In this document: positions 29,901 through 39,231 of the stretch, piece after piece
How the letters are laid out: the number at the start of each line of letters is the position of its first letter
How positions within the stretch are numbered: position 1 is the first letter of the stretch
NCBI GenBank assembly: GCA_965226795.1
Contig: CBDDDZ010000004.1
Location: 448,001-512,000, forward strand
Origin: Candidatus Latescibacterota bacterium
GTDB lineage: Bacteria > Latescibacterota > UBA2968 > GCA-2709665
Length of the DNA stretch: 64,000 nucleotides
Reading direction: 5' to 3'
The notes under the pieces: generated by a model
Seen by the model: the letters and a program-made list of their open reading frames with translations, nothing else
Told to the model about the DNA's origin: nothing
Databases searched by the model: none
Translations under genes and position numbers: made by a program

Positions 29901-31310
29901 TTGGGGCTATTGGTGCATTCAAATCATAAATCCTACCCCACCTACATTCCCTCCGGCGTCGATTGGCTGGGCGATATGCCGGCGCATTGGAGGCAATTGC
30001 CAGGCAGAGCCTGTTATCATGAGAAGAAAGTGCCAAATACTGGTTTGCGAACAACTACCGTGCTTTCTTTGAGCTACGGCAAAATTGTAGTCAAACCCGT
30101 TGAGCAACTTCACGGGTTGATCCCTTCATCTTTCGAAACATACCAAGTAGTTGAACTAGGGGATATAGTCATCCGACCGACGGATTTACAGAATGACTGG
30201 AATAGCCTTCGTTTTGGCTTGAGTCGTTATCATGGAATCATTACTTCGGCCTACATGTGCTTCCGCACAAGAGGAATATTGTCGCGGGAATATGGGCACC
30301 TGCTACTCCATGCCTATGACCTCAAGAAAGTATTCTATGGCTTAGGATCTGGACTTCGGCAGAACCTGGATTGGAGCGATTTTAAGTACCTGCCTTGCCT
30401 TGTCCCACCCCTCCCCGAACAGACGGCCATCGTACGCTACCTCCACCACATCGACGATCGCATCCGTCGCTACGTCATCGGGAAGCAGAAACTCATCCAG
30501 CTGCTGGAGAAAGAGAAGCGGGCCGTTATCAACCGCGCCGTCACTCAAGGCCTCGACCCCACCGTTCGCCTGAAGCCTTCGGGTCTTGAGTGGCTGGGCG
30601 ACATCCCGGGACATTGGGCGGTGCGGCGCATACGAAACGCGGTCGAAATGAGGGTTAGTAACGTTGACAAACATATCAACGATAACGAATTGCCCATCCG
30701 TCTTTGCAATTACGTTGACGTCTATAGGAATGACCGAATCACCGAGAGCGTGACGTTTATGAGAGCTACAGCTACTGCGGATGAAATCGACCGCTTCCGA
30801 CTGGAACAGGGAGACGTTCTGATAACAAAAGACTCGGAAGTATGGAATGACATCGGCGTACCCGCATTAGTCGAATACACGGCAGCGGACTTGGTCTGCG
30901 GTTATCACCTGGCACTCTTGCGACCCCTGCGCGGGTTGCTCAATGGCGCATATCTCTGTCGGGCATTGCAGACACCGGCCGTGACGTACCAATTTCATAC
31001 AGGGGCAAATGGGGTAACTCGCTATGGCCTGTCACACCACGCGATAAAGTCGGCACTCTTACCCCTACCACCCGTCATTGAACAAATCGCTATTGTGCGC
31101 TATCTCGACAAGTCGATCGCCGACATCGATACCGCAATCAGCCGTGCTCGCCACCAAATTGAGTTTGTACAGGAATACCGTACTCGTCTCATCGCCGACG
31201 TGGTGACGGGCAAGCTGGACGTGCGTGGTGACGGGCAAGCTGGACGTGCGTGGGGCGGCGGCAAAGCTGCCAGACGAAGGGGGGGACACCGGAGGCGCTG
31301 GGCACCGTGA
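29901..31310 (+). CDS. hsdS: Type I R-M specificity subunit HsdS with frameshifted C-terminal tail
   Basis: SGVDWLGDMPAHW, PPLPEQTAI, LKPSGLEWLGDIP and LIADVVTGKLDVR; two target recognition domains. Confidence 0.9.
   Translation: MGLLVHSNHKSYPTYIPSGVDWLGDMPAHWRQLPGRACYHEKKVPNTGLRTTTVLSLSYGKIVVKPVEQLHGLIPSSFETYQVVELGDIVIRPTDLQNDWNSLRFGLSRYHGIITSAYMCFRTRGILSREYGHLLLHAYDLKKVFYGLGSGLRQNLDWSDFKYLPCLVPPLPEQTAIVRYLHHIDDRIRRYVIGKQKLIQLLEKEKRAVINRAVTQGLDPTVRLKPSGLEWLGDIPGHWAVRRIRNAVEMRVSNVDKHINDNELPIRLCNYVDVYRNDRITESVTFMRATATADEIDRFRLEQGDVLITKDSEVWNDIGVPALVEYTAADLVCGYHLALLRPLRGLLNGAYLCRALQTPAVTYQFHTGANGVTRYGLSHHAIKSALLPLPPVIEQIAIVRYLDKSIADIDTAISRARHQIEFVQEYRTRLIADVVTGKLDVRGDGQAGRAWGGGKAARRRGGHRRRWAP
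31200..31249 (+). repeat. Perfect 25-bp tandem duplication in the hsdS 3' end
   Basis: GTGGTGACGGGCAAGCTGGACGTGC x2. Confidence 0.95.
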
Positions 31311-31396
31311 AAACATAGAGTGGTTCCACCTCAAGAGCGAGCATTCCTCCGTGCCGACAACTCTGTACGACAACAAACAACCGACAGATTGACAAC

Positions 31397-34300
31397 ATGG
31401 ATGCCCGTTTAAAACAAATTCCACCGCCAAACACGTGGGAAGTTTTCGAAGACCTCTGTCATCAGCTATTCATAGCTGTTTGGCGCGACCCATATGCACA
31501 GAAGGTGGGAAGACGAGGCCAAGCTCAACAAGGAGTCGATATCTTTGGGTCGCCTAACGGGAACTATGAGATTTATCACGGCGTGCAGTGTAAATTGAAG
31601 GAGCACTCTCACAGCAGTAAACCGAGTATCGATGAACTCCAACGGGAAATATCCAAGGCTGACAGTTTTGAGCCAGCTTTGCATCACTGGATATTCGCAA
31701 CTACTGCCCCGGTTGACGCCACCCTACAACAAAAAGCACGACAAATCTCGGCAGTTCGAAAAGAAAGAGGGCTATTTACCGTCAGCGTGCTTGGTTGGGG
31801 TGACATCACGAATCTACTCTGTCAACACAAGCAAGTACTCTTGGAATTTTATCCCGAACAAGGATTTGACGTATCCCAACTTCTTGACAACATTCAAGCA
31901 ATGCCACATGCGTCGGAGGTTCGTGAATTACTAGATACCGTAAGGCGAATGGGCACACCCCGACATTCCGCTTTTCATCCACGTTCTATTTGGCGACCCA
32001 TAATTTTCGGTGGCGGCCGAGGCCTCGGACCAGCACTGATGGGTCGTTCGCTTGGGCCGCAAGACGCTGCTTCCTGTCCGGAGTTCCAGGAAGTGAACGC
32101 GGCGATCACTGAACTCAAGCGGGCTTACTCGGCGCGCATCGTCGGTGAACCCGGCACAGGAAAGTCGATTTGTGCATACCAAACAGCGCTTCATTTCGCC
32201 AAAAAGGGCTGGCACGTCCTTCGGCTGACCGACCCTCGTGTCGAGACAATAGAGTTGAAGGATGCTGACAATGAGCGGCGCACAATCTTCATTATCGACG
32301 ATGGCCACCTCACCAGCAATGCGGTCCTAAGGATCGCGGAAGACACGGCTGGTCCGCACCGACTGCTACTGTCAACCCATAATGCTGTAAAGCACGATAC
32401 ATCATCCCGTGGCGTGATCATCATTGATGCAGAACGTGCTGTTCGTAATATTGCGTCCGCGCTCTGCGATGATCCAGAACGCACGCTGACGGTAGTGCGC
32501 CGCATAGACAACACTGTGGGAAAATTACCGTCCGAAGTCTCCCTTGAGGATCGAATTCTCCAAGCGGAGCAGGATGCCAAGTACCCTTGGCAATTCTGTT
32601 TCATTGTTGGTGGTGGCTGGCGTCGATCTAAATTAGCCGTTACAGCCGCACGATCAGCCAATGCTGACGTAGCATTGGCCGGCATCGCTATTCACCAACT
32701 CGCCTCTCGCGATGCGCGCCCAAACCTAAATCAGCTAATATCTCTGTTAGGTGTCGCCGGGTTAGAGACTTCGGAAGTGGACGATTCCATCCGGTGGTTA
32801 ATAGACAATCGTTTAGTCATCGGCCCACACGACCTGCGGTGTCCTCACCAGCGATTTGCATCAGTCGCGCTCAAAGAAATACTTGAAGGACAGGACAACG
32901 ACGATTTGGAGCGAACTGGCAGCATGTTGAGACATATAATTGCCCACGTTGGGTACCCCATAGCAGGACTGTGGATTCTCTTGCAGGAACTTCGCATTGA
33001 CGGAGATTTTCGGCAGGGAAGATTTCTAATCCGCGAAGCATCATTGGAAACTCTCATGGAACGGTGCTGGCAAGCGACTAATCCGGAGGAGCGGACGTTT
33101 GCCAGCCTCGTTCTGAGGGAAATTGAATTCTACGCAACGGGTTGGCCACAAACACAATTGCAGGGCCGCGAACACATTCTCGGTCGTTGGATCTCTGATC
33201 CTGTAGAGCCAACCGGCTACGGTCTCGCGCGTCTTCTCCACGCGGTCTACAATAAGGACAGAGCATTTGCACGTGCATTGGTGGAAGCGTCAGAACCAAG
33301 AAAAGTGGCCGCGTCTGTCTCCTCAGTCACGCCCAATACGGCCTACAATTTGGGTGAAATCCTTGGCGCAATTCGACCTGATTCGGGTACTTCGTGGGGC
33401 CGGACCTTTTTGGACGGCTTGGATCGCTCGAGGCTTATTGCATTTGCGGCCGATTGGCCTGAATCAGAATCCGCATCGGGATTTACGAACTTTTGCCGCT
33501 CGATGACTTGCTCTGACGAGCCATTGGCGCTAGATATGTTCGAATCTTTCATTCCTATCGCACAGAAGCTATTGTCTCGAGATACCGTCTCAGCGTTTGG
33601 TGACCTTTTCCATATCGCACACCAGGTACTTCGGGTGTTGGACGTTCTTGGCATTTTTGTGGGCAAAACCGCACCAAAGTCTCGCCACCGCGAGTTGGCG
33701 CGTGAAATGATGCAAGGCGTTTCACCCTCACTTCTAGCTGATCAACTTTCGGCCAGCCAGCTCCGGCAGTTTCAGAACACGGGATTTCTGCTCACATTCA
33801 TGGCGAATGCGGTACCTGCAAAGTTTCGGGCTACTGTAGCTGCGATGGATTGGGCACGCATCGCAGAGACGATTGGCGATCACTGGAGAGATCTTCCGCA
33901 CGAACCAGAAGTCCTGTTTGGAATAGCCTATTGCGCCAGAAGCTGCCGCGAGAAAATCGCACAAGTTATCAATGACAATCTTCATCGGATCGAGGCATTT
34001 CCGCCCAGATTGGTCTTAGTCGCACCAAATGCCGCATATACGCATGCGGAGCACGGTGGTCTTATCCGACTAGCGAAATATGACCATGTGGATTGGCGGT
34101 TTGGCGTCGCGGTTTTAGAGTGCTTTTCCGAAGAGCGTCCAAACCTGTTAGAGGCCATTCTAAAGCCATCTGAGATCACTACTGGACGCGCATTTTCCCA
34201 AGTTCACCCCAGTTGGTACGATAAAGCTGGCGACTATGTTCAACTTCTAAGGGAAATTGCCCCACTGAGTCTTCAACGAATCCTTAACAATGTCGATGTA

Positions 34301-34468
34301 CGAGGCGCCGAAAAGGGTTGGACAGCATCGCTACGTTCTACGGCTGGGCCTCGAAGGACAGTGGCGTTGCTTGTTGAGTCGAGCCTCGAAAGGCAAGATG
34401 GGCTTGGGGCGCTGGCGAGGCGGGTACGTAAACGCTTCCCAAGAGCGTCTGTGCCGCGTGGTTCTTAG
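31397..34468 (+). CDS. PD-(D/E)xK nuclease + P-loop NTPase + helical domain (Avs/STAND-like defence protein)
   Basis: N-terminal FEDLC...GRRGQAQQGVDI...GVQCK; Walker A GEPGTGKS; Walker B IFIIDDGH; long helical C-terminus. Confidence 0.75.
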   Translation: MDARLKQIPPPNTWEVFEDLCHQLFIAVWRDPYAQKVGRRGQAQQGVDIFGSPNGNYEIYHGVQCKLKEHSHSSKPSIDELQREISKADSFEPALHHWIFATTAPVDATLQQKARQISAVRKERGLFTVSVLGWGDITNLLCQHKQVLLEFYPEQGFDVSQLLDNIQAMPHASEVRELLDTVRRMGTPRHSAFHPRSIWRPIIFGGGRGLGPALMGRSLGPQDAASCPEFQEVNAAITELKRAYSARIVGEPGTGKSICAYQTALHFAKKGWHVLRLTDPRVETIELKDADNERRTIFIIDDGHLTSNAVLRIAEDTAGPHRLLLSTHNAVKHDTSSRGVIIIDAERAVRNIASALCDDPERTLTVVRRIDNTVGKLPSEVSLEDRILQAEQDAKYPWQFCFIVGGGWRRSKLAVTAARSANADVALAGIAIHQLASRDARPNLNQLISLLGVAGLETSEVDDSIRWLIDNRLVIGPHDLRCPHQRFASVALKEILEGQDNDDLERTGSMLRHIIAHVGYPIAGLWILLQELRIDGDFRQGRFLIREASLETLMERCWQATNPEERTFASLVLREIEFYATGWPQTQLQGREHILGRWISDPVEPTGYGLARLLHAVYNKDRAFARALVEASEPRKVAASVSSVTPNTAYNLGEILGAIRPDSGTSWGRTFLDGLDRSRLIAFAADWPESESASGFTNFCRSMTCSDEPLALDMFESFIPIAQKLLSRDTVSAFGDLFHIAHQVLRVLDVLGIFVGKTAPKSRHRELAREMMQGVSPSLLADQLSASQLRQFQNTGFLLTFMANAVPAKFRATVAAMDWARIAETIGDHWRDLPHEPEVLFGIAYCARSCREKIAQVINDNLHRIEAFPPRLVLVAPNAAYTHAEHGGLIRLAKYDHVDWRFGVAVLECFSEERPNLLEAILKPSEITTGRAFSQVHPSWYDKAGDYVQLLREIAPLSLQRILNNVDVRGAEKGWTASLRSTAGPRRTVALLVESSLERQDGLGALARRVRKRFPRASVPRGS

Positions 34469-34804
34469 AACCTTATATCAAGGAGAACACAATGTGACCC
34501 CCTCTCAGAAATACCGTTGGGCGGCTCCTTCGCTAGCCCGAGAGGCCTTAAGCGTTCTACTTAACTGGAGCCTCCGTAAGGACCCTACTCGCATGGTCAA
34601 GGGATTAATTAATAGTGATATACTCTACTTGACGGGTACTTGACTGAGTCCGCGCCACAGATACGAATCGGTGTTCTATTTTTATCCGCAGAATCGACCC
34701 AATAACCACCGACACTACCGAATCAGGTCGTTAGCGAATTCTTCTGTCTGACAAGTCGGCGATGTTCGACGCGAGGAATGAAATTCGGGCAATGGAGAAA
34801 GGCA

Positions 34805-34942
34805 GTGATCCTGCTGATTGACGCCCTGAACGACCGGTGGATACGGTATGTATAGAGACCCCTGAATCCGTTTTACGTCCTGGTCGGCAAGAATGCGTCA
34901 GGTGGTGCAACGCTTTTTGTATGTGACTGTTTTCTTGCGTGA
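34805..34942 (+). pseudogene. AAA/ABC-type ATPase N-terminal remnant
   Basis: After GGAGAAAGG: VILLIDALNDRWIRYV*RPLNPFYVLVGKNASGGATLF, a decayed version of the LVGxNASGKT start of AAA_15/21 ATPases. Confidence 0.5.
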
Positions 34943-35022
34943 TCCGGTATCCGATCGCCCGCGACGCTTTCGGCACACTTCCAACCAACGCGCGCGCGCT
35001 GATATCCGGGCAGGCGGCTAAC

Positions 35023-35108
35023 CGGGAATTGTGCCTGAAAATAAATAATAGGCCCAAAAGCATAAATTTGGCACAATGCTGGCACAACTTATATATAAGT
35101 ATCTGTTT
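35023..35108 (+). repeat. Direct repeat copy 1 (AT-rich, ~85 bp)
   Basis: 44 bp identical to 38736-38779, followed by further similarity. Confidence 0.9.
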
Positions 35109-35627
35109 ATTTAGAATTTGCTGTTACAAAGTACAAATCTACAAGTGCAACAGTTGTAATTCATAATGTTAATAGTGGTCAGGGCATTTGCGGGTACGCG
35201 GGTGCTTTAATCCGCTCCCTTGTTGAATCTCGGTAGTCGAGCGACGTAGGAATGGGAGGTCGGAACTGTTCTACAATACAAAGCCAGGGCCCCTGCAAGA
35301 TTCCGGCGCACTCGTAAAGGTTCTTATCGATCAGGGTGCGCCAGAGCCTCACTGACGGTATTTCGCCGCACACCCGGTGGATACAGCCTCGTAAAGCAAC
35401 TGATCCGACGCGGATTACGGAGACCGATCGAGCAGGCGGCGCAGGGCAGATATCACGCCTTGTCGGCCAACGACATTCAAACCCAATCAACTTGGAAGTG
35501 AATTCAACCAACATAGAGGTGCGCGGGGCGGCGGCCCAATATCCAGAAAAAAGATGAAAATCAGTTCTTCTATGACACTGACGACAACAGAGATGGCTAT
35601 GGCTTGTCGAAAGACCAACAATCAAGA

Positions 35628-36650
35628 ATGGAGGCGAAAATGGCGCGAGCGTTCGTAGTCAAAGCAGTCGCCGACGGGTGGCCGATTTCCGGCGTTTTCG
35701 AGGAACTGCGATCCGGCAGAGCGAGGATTGGCTGGTCCGACCGGGACGATCTCGACCTTCGTCTTATACAGAAAGACCTCTCAAGGGGAACACCGCTGAA
35801 TAAGGATCAAAAAAACGCCAGGCGATGCTTGGGATTCCTTACCAGAGTTTCTCCAGACGACTATCTTATTTATCCCCATCAGCCAGAGAGAGGTCAGTTC
35901 TGTGTTGTCTTGGCCACAGGCGAATACGACTTTTCGGACAAGGAAGAGGGTCTCGACAAAGACTTCCGGTCATTTAGACCCTGCTCCCTTGTGACGACGG
36001 AGCCGGTAAACGTGCACGACGAGATCGTTTCTTCGCAACTCCGGCATCGACTCGGAAGACCGGGTCGGTTCTCCGAGATATACAACACCGGGCCGTTATC
36101 CGAATTCCTTGAGGATCTCCCAAATGCAGGACGGCTCCAAGACGACTCGAATCGGGCAAGTTTGCAGAGGATACACAACAAGCTTCGAAGGAAACTACCT
36201 GAAGTACTTCACGAGGAGTTCAGTAGAGCCGATTTATCCAGGAAGCTCTGTCGTGACCTTTTCGAGCGCATGGGTTACGTTCACGAAATTCGGGAGGGTC
36301 CCACCGAAGTTGGCTCCGATGTCGTCGTGACGCTGGGCGATCCCCTATTGCCTGATGAAGTCGAGATCCGAATCGGTATCCAAGTTTTCTCCTACGAAGG
36401 TAATGTCGAAGAGTGGGACCTTAGGGAAAAACTGGACCAGTTACTGCGCGGCTGGGAAGAGAACAGCCTCAAATACGGAGCTCTACTTACAACGGGACGC
36501 TGCGGTGATGAAGCTAGAGCATTACTGCTTAGACATAATCAAAATGAGAAGAATCGCCCGGTGCGTCTGATTGACGGTGACGACCTTGCCGATCTCTTCT
36601 TGCGATACTTTCCACCTGCAACGGATCGAGCAAGCTACGACAGGGAATGA
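35628..36650 (+). CDS. Mrr-like restriction endonuclease
   Basis: N-terminal RIGWS domain; C-terminal LFERMGY...GSDVV...IGIQV...LLTTG...LIDGDDLADL. Confidence 0.75.
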   Translation: MEAKMARAFVVKAVADGWPISGVFEELRSGRARIGWSDRDDLDLRLIQKDLSRGTPLNKDQKNARRCLGFLTRVSPDDYLIYPHQPERGQFCVVLATGEYDFSDKEEGLDKDFRSFRPCSLVTTEPVNVHDEIVSSQLRHRLGRPGRFSEIYNTGPLSEFLEDLPNAGRLQDDSNRASLQRIHNKLRRKLPEVLHEEFSRADLSRKLCRDLFERMGYVHEIREGPTEVGSDVVVTLGDPLLPDEVEIRIGIQVFSYEGNVEEWDLREKLDQLLRGWEENSLKYGALLTTGRCGDEARALLLRHNQNEKNRPVRLIDGDDLADLFLRYFPPATDRASYDRE

Positions 36651-37108
36651 GCGGTACAAATGTTAAAGCAGAGCGGAGTGTTCTGGCGGTCTTGTCAGCA
36701 TGTCCGCTTGTGGAGCCCGTCGATCCTTAAAACATCATCGACAACGAATGTATTGTATATTTGATGCAAAACTCCATTGTGAACATATCGCTTTCGCACC
36801 GGTTCGCTATTTCTGAAGAGAATCGTGCAGTGGCCTCGCGCCCCATACTCGACACTTTGGCAGCGGGCGTTATCGTAGCCCGAGAATTCTGACGCGGCGC
36901 CCAAATACCTGAAATATGTACGCTGGAGGGTGTCCGCTTCATCACCGGATAAATTTCGATCTCGCAGTAAACGACGATTTCGATTTTGACAGATTCACTG
37001 GATTAAAACACGACACATTACAGAGGGCGCTGAAAGTGCTGCCAGATTAATCAGGCTGCATATCGTAAGGAACGATGTTAATACACTATTTGACAAACAA
37101 GAGGCCAT

Positions 37109-38761
37109 ATGACGGTTTCCGCGAATGAACTCCAAGCGTGGATGAACAACCGGGAAGATGAGCATCTTGAATTCAAAGAGGCAAAGACGAGGTTCGACTT
37201 TAAGACCTTGGTGAAGTACTGTCTTGCCCTCGCCAATGAACGCGGTGGAAGGATTATCTTGGGCGTTGCGGATAAACTGCCGCGAAGGGTTGTCGGTAGC
37301 ACGGCTTTTCGAAATCTCGAAAGGACAAAGGAAGACCTGATTGAGCGACTGCGGCTTCGTGTTGACGTCGAAGAGATTCAACACCCGGATGGTCGGGTTC
37401 TGGTCTTTCAGGTACCCTCCCGTCCGATCGGTGTGCCTATGCAGTATGAAGGCGCGTATTGGATGCGTGGTGGCGAGGCCCTTATTCCAATGACACCGGA
37501 TCAACTCCAACGCATTTTCGCCGAGGGGAGCCCCGATTTCTCGTCTGAAATTTGTGCGTCTGCCCAAATGGACGATCTCGATCCACTCGCCGTTGAGGTT
37601 CTGCGTCAACTCTGGCAGCGTAAGTCACCGGACCAGGATATCTCGACCCGCCCCGTAGAGCGACTCCTGGAAGATGCCGAGTTGGTCGTTGATGGCCAGG
37701 TGACGAACGCGGCGCTGATCCTGCTGGGCACGCGCAAAGCCTTGGGCAAATATCTCGCCCAGGCGGAACTTATCTTCGAGTACCGATCCAACGAAATTCC
37801 GGGTCCCGCGGCGGAGCGACATGAGTTCAGACAGGGCTTTCTCCCTGCGCTCGACGAGACCTGGCGACTTATCAACCAGCGAAATGACCTGCAACACTTT
37901 CAGCAAGGACTCTTTGTTTGGGATGTGCCCACTTTCAACGAGCGTGTGGTTCGCGAGGCCGTCTTGAACGCAGTCAGTCACCGTGATTATCGTCTCGGAG
38001 GATCCATCTTTATTCGCCAGTACCCTCGACGCATCGAGATCGTGAGCCCTGGCGGATTTCCAGCCGGAATCACCCCAGAGAATATCCTTAGGCAACAGAA
38101 TCCGCGCAATCGTCGTATCGCCGAAGTCCTTGGCAGATGCGGTTTGGTCGAACGGGCAGGGCAGGGATGTGACCTTATCTTTCGCGAGTGTATTCGGCAG
38201 AGTAAGCCGTTGCCCGATTTCTCCCTTACGGATGCACACTCCGTATGGCTCATGCTGGACGGAGACATCCAGGACCTGGAATTCCTGCGCTTTTTGGAGG
38301 AGATTGGTCGGGAACGAGTGGCCACATTCGGCCTTGACGATTTGCTGGTGGTCGATTTCGTCCACCGGGAGGAACGTGTTCCGGATAACCTCGAACCAAG
38401 AGTTGAGCATCTGCTGGACCAGGGGATCATCGAGCGCATGGGACGCGGGCGGGGCGTGCGGCTACTGCTTTCACGGCGGTTCTACCGCCACATCGGTAAG
38501 CCAGGGGTCTACACGCGCAAGCGGGGATTGGACCGCGAGACTAACAAGGAACTGCTACTGAAGCACATTCAAGAAAACCGGAAGGAAGGGAGTCCATTGA
38601 AGGAACTCGTTCAGGTGTTGCCAGCTCTTTCTTACGTCCAAGTTCAGAAATTACTCCAAGCCTTGAGAATTGGGGGGCAGATCCACAAAGTCGGAAACAC
38701 TAGCGCAGCTCGCTGGTATCCAGGCAGAACTCCTTCGGGAATTGTGCCTGAAAATAAATAA
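37109..38761 (+). CDS. AlbA_2 (Schlafen-like) + HATPase_c_4 + wHTH protein
   Basis: LEFKEA, ALANERGG.IILGV, REAVLNAVSHRDY, SPGG, RNRRIA and ERAGQG motifs. Confidence 0.9.
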   Translation: MTVSANELQAWMNNREDEHLEFKEAKTRFDFKTLVKYCLALANERGGRIILGVADKLPRRVVGSTAFRNLERTKEDLIERLRLRVDVEEIQHPDGRVLVFQVPSRPIGVPMQYEGAYWMRGGEALIPMTPDQLQRIFAEGSPDFSSEICASAQMDDLDPLAVEVLRQLWQRKSPDQDISTRPVERLLEDAELVVDGQVTNAALILLGTRKALGKYLAQAELIFEYRSNEIPGPAAERHEFRQGFLPALDETWRLINQRNDLQHFQQGLFVWDVPTFNERVVREAVLNAVSHRDYRLGGSIFIRQYPRRIEIVSPGGFPAGITPENILRQQNPRNRRIAEVLGRCGLVERAGQGCDLIFRECIRQSKPLPDFSLTDAHSVWLMLDGDIQDLEFLRFLEEIGRERVATFGLDDLLVVDFVHREERVPDNLEPRVEHLLDQGIIERMGRGRGVRLLLSRRFYRHIGKPGVYTRKRGLDRETNKELLLKHIQENRKEGSPLKELVQVLPALSYVQVQKLLQALRIGGQIHKVGNTSAARWYPGRTPSGIVPENK

Positions 38762-38822
38762 TAGGCCCAAAAGCATAAACTTGGCACAAGTTTGGCATAA
38801 TTTATTTTATAAGTATCTGTTT
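38736..38822 (+). repeat. Direct repeat copy 2
   Basis: Overlaps the AlbA gene stop; matches 35023-35108. Confidence 0.9.
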
Positions 38823-39231
38823 TTTTGTGCTTTATTACTATATTTTTTCTTGACAAAGCATAAATCTTCAAGCAAAAAAGTCATAATTCATATGTTCGGT
38901 GGACAGATCCTCCGCGGATGATGAAGAACGTGCTCGTTGCAGCCCAACCGCGATCGCCGCACCACCTGGCATGCGGCCCGATCTTGGAGGTTGTCAGGCG
39001 CCGGAGCCTGGATTTCCATTGGCCGCTAATTGATCGAGAATCGTCGGAACGACACCCGAATTCTATAACCCATTAATTTTATTGCATTTGTTTAATTGAC
39101 GGGTAATTGACTGGAAACGCCTCATGACCACCGCCGTCCGTGCCCTTCTCATCTCGAACGTGAGTGCGGGCGAGACCGATGAACACGAGGCGGAGTGTCT
39201 CTACGGTAAGTCCCTAACTTCAGTCTGAGCC

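Noticed and set aside
29869..34510. TGACYCCYTCTCAGAA after two stop codons (29869, 34495) as a cassette recombination site
   Set aside because: A 14/16 match is expected by chance in 64 kb, and there is no third copy at other gene ends.
35068..35090. Sigma-54 promoter (TGGCAC)
   Set aside because: No TTGC at the required -12 spacing.
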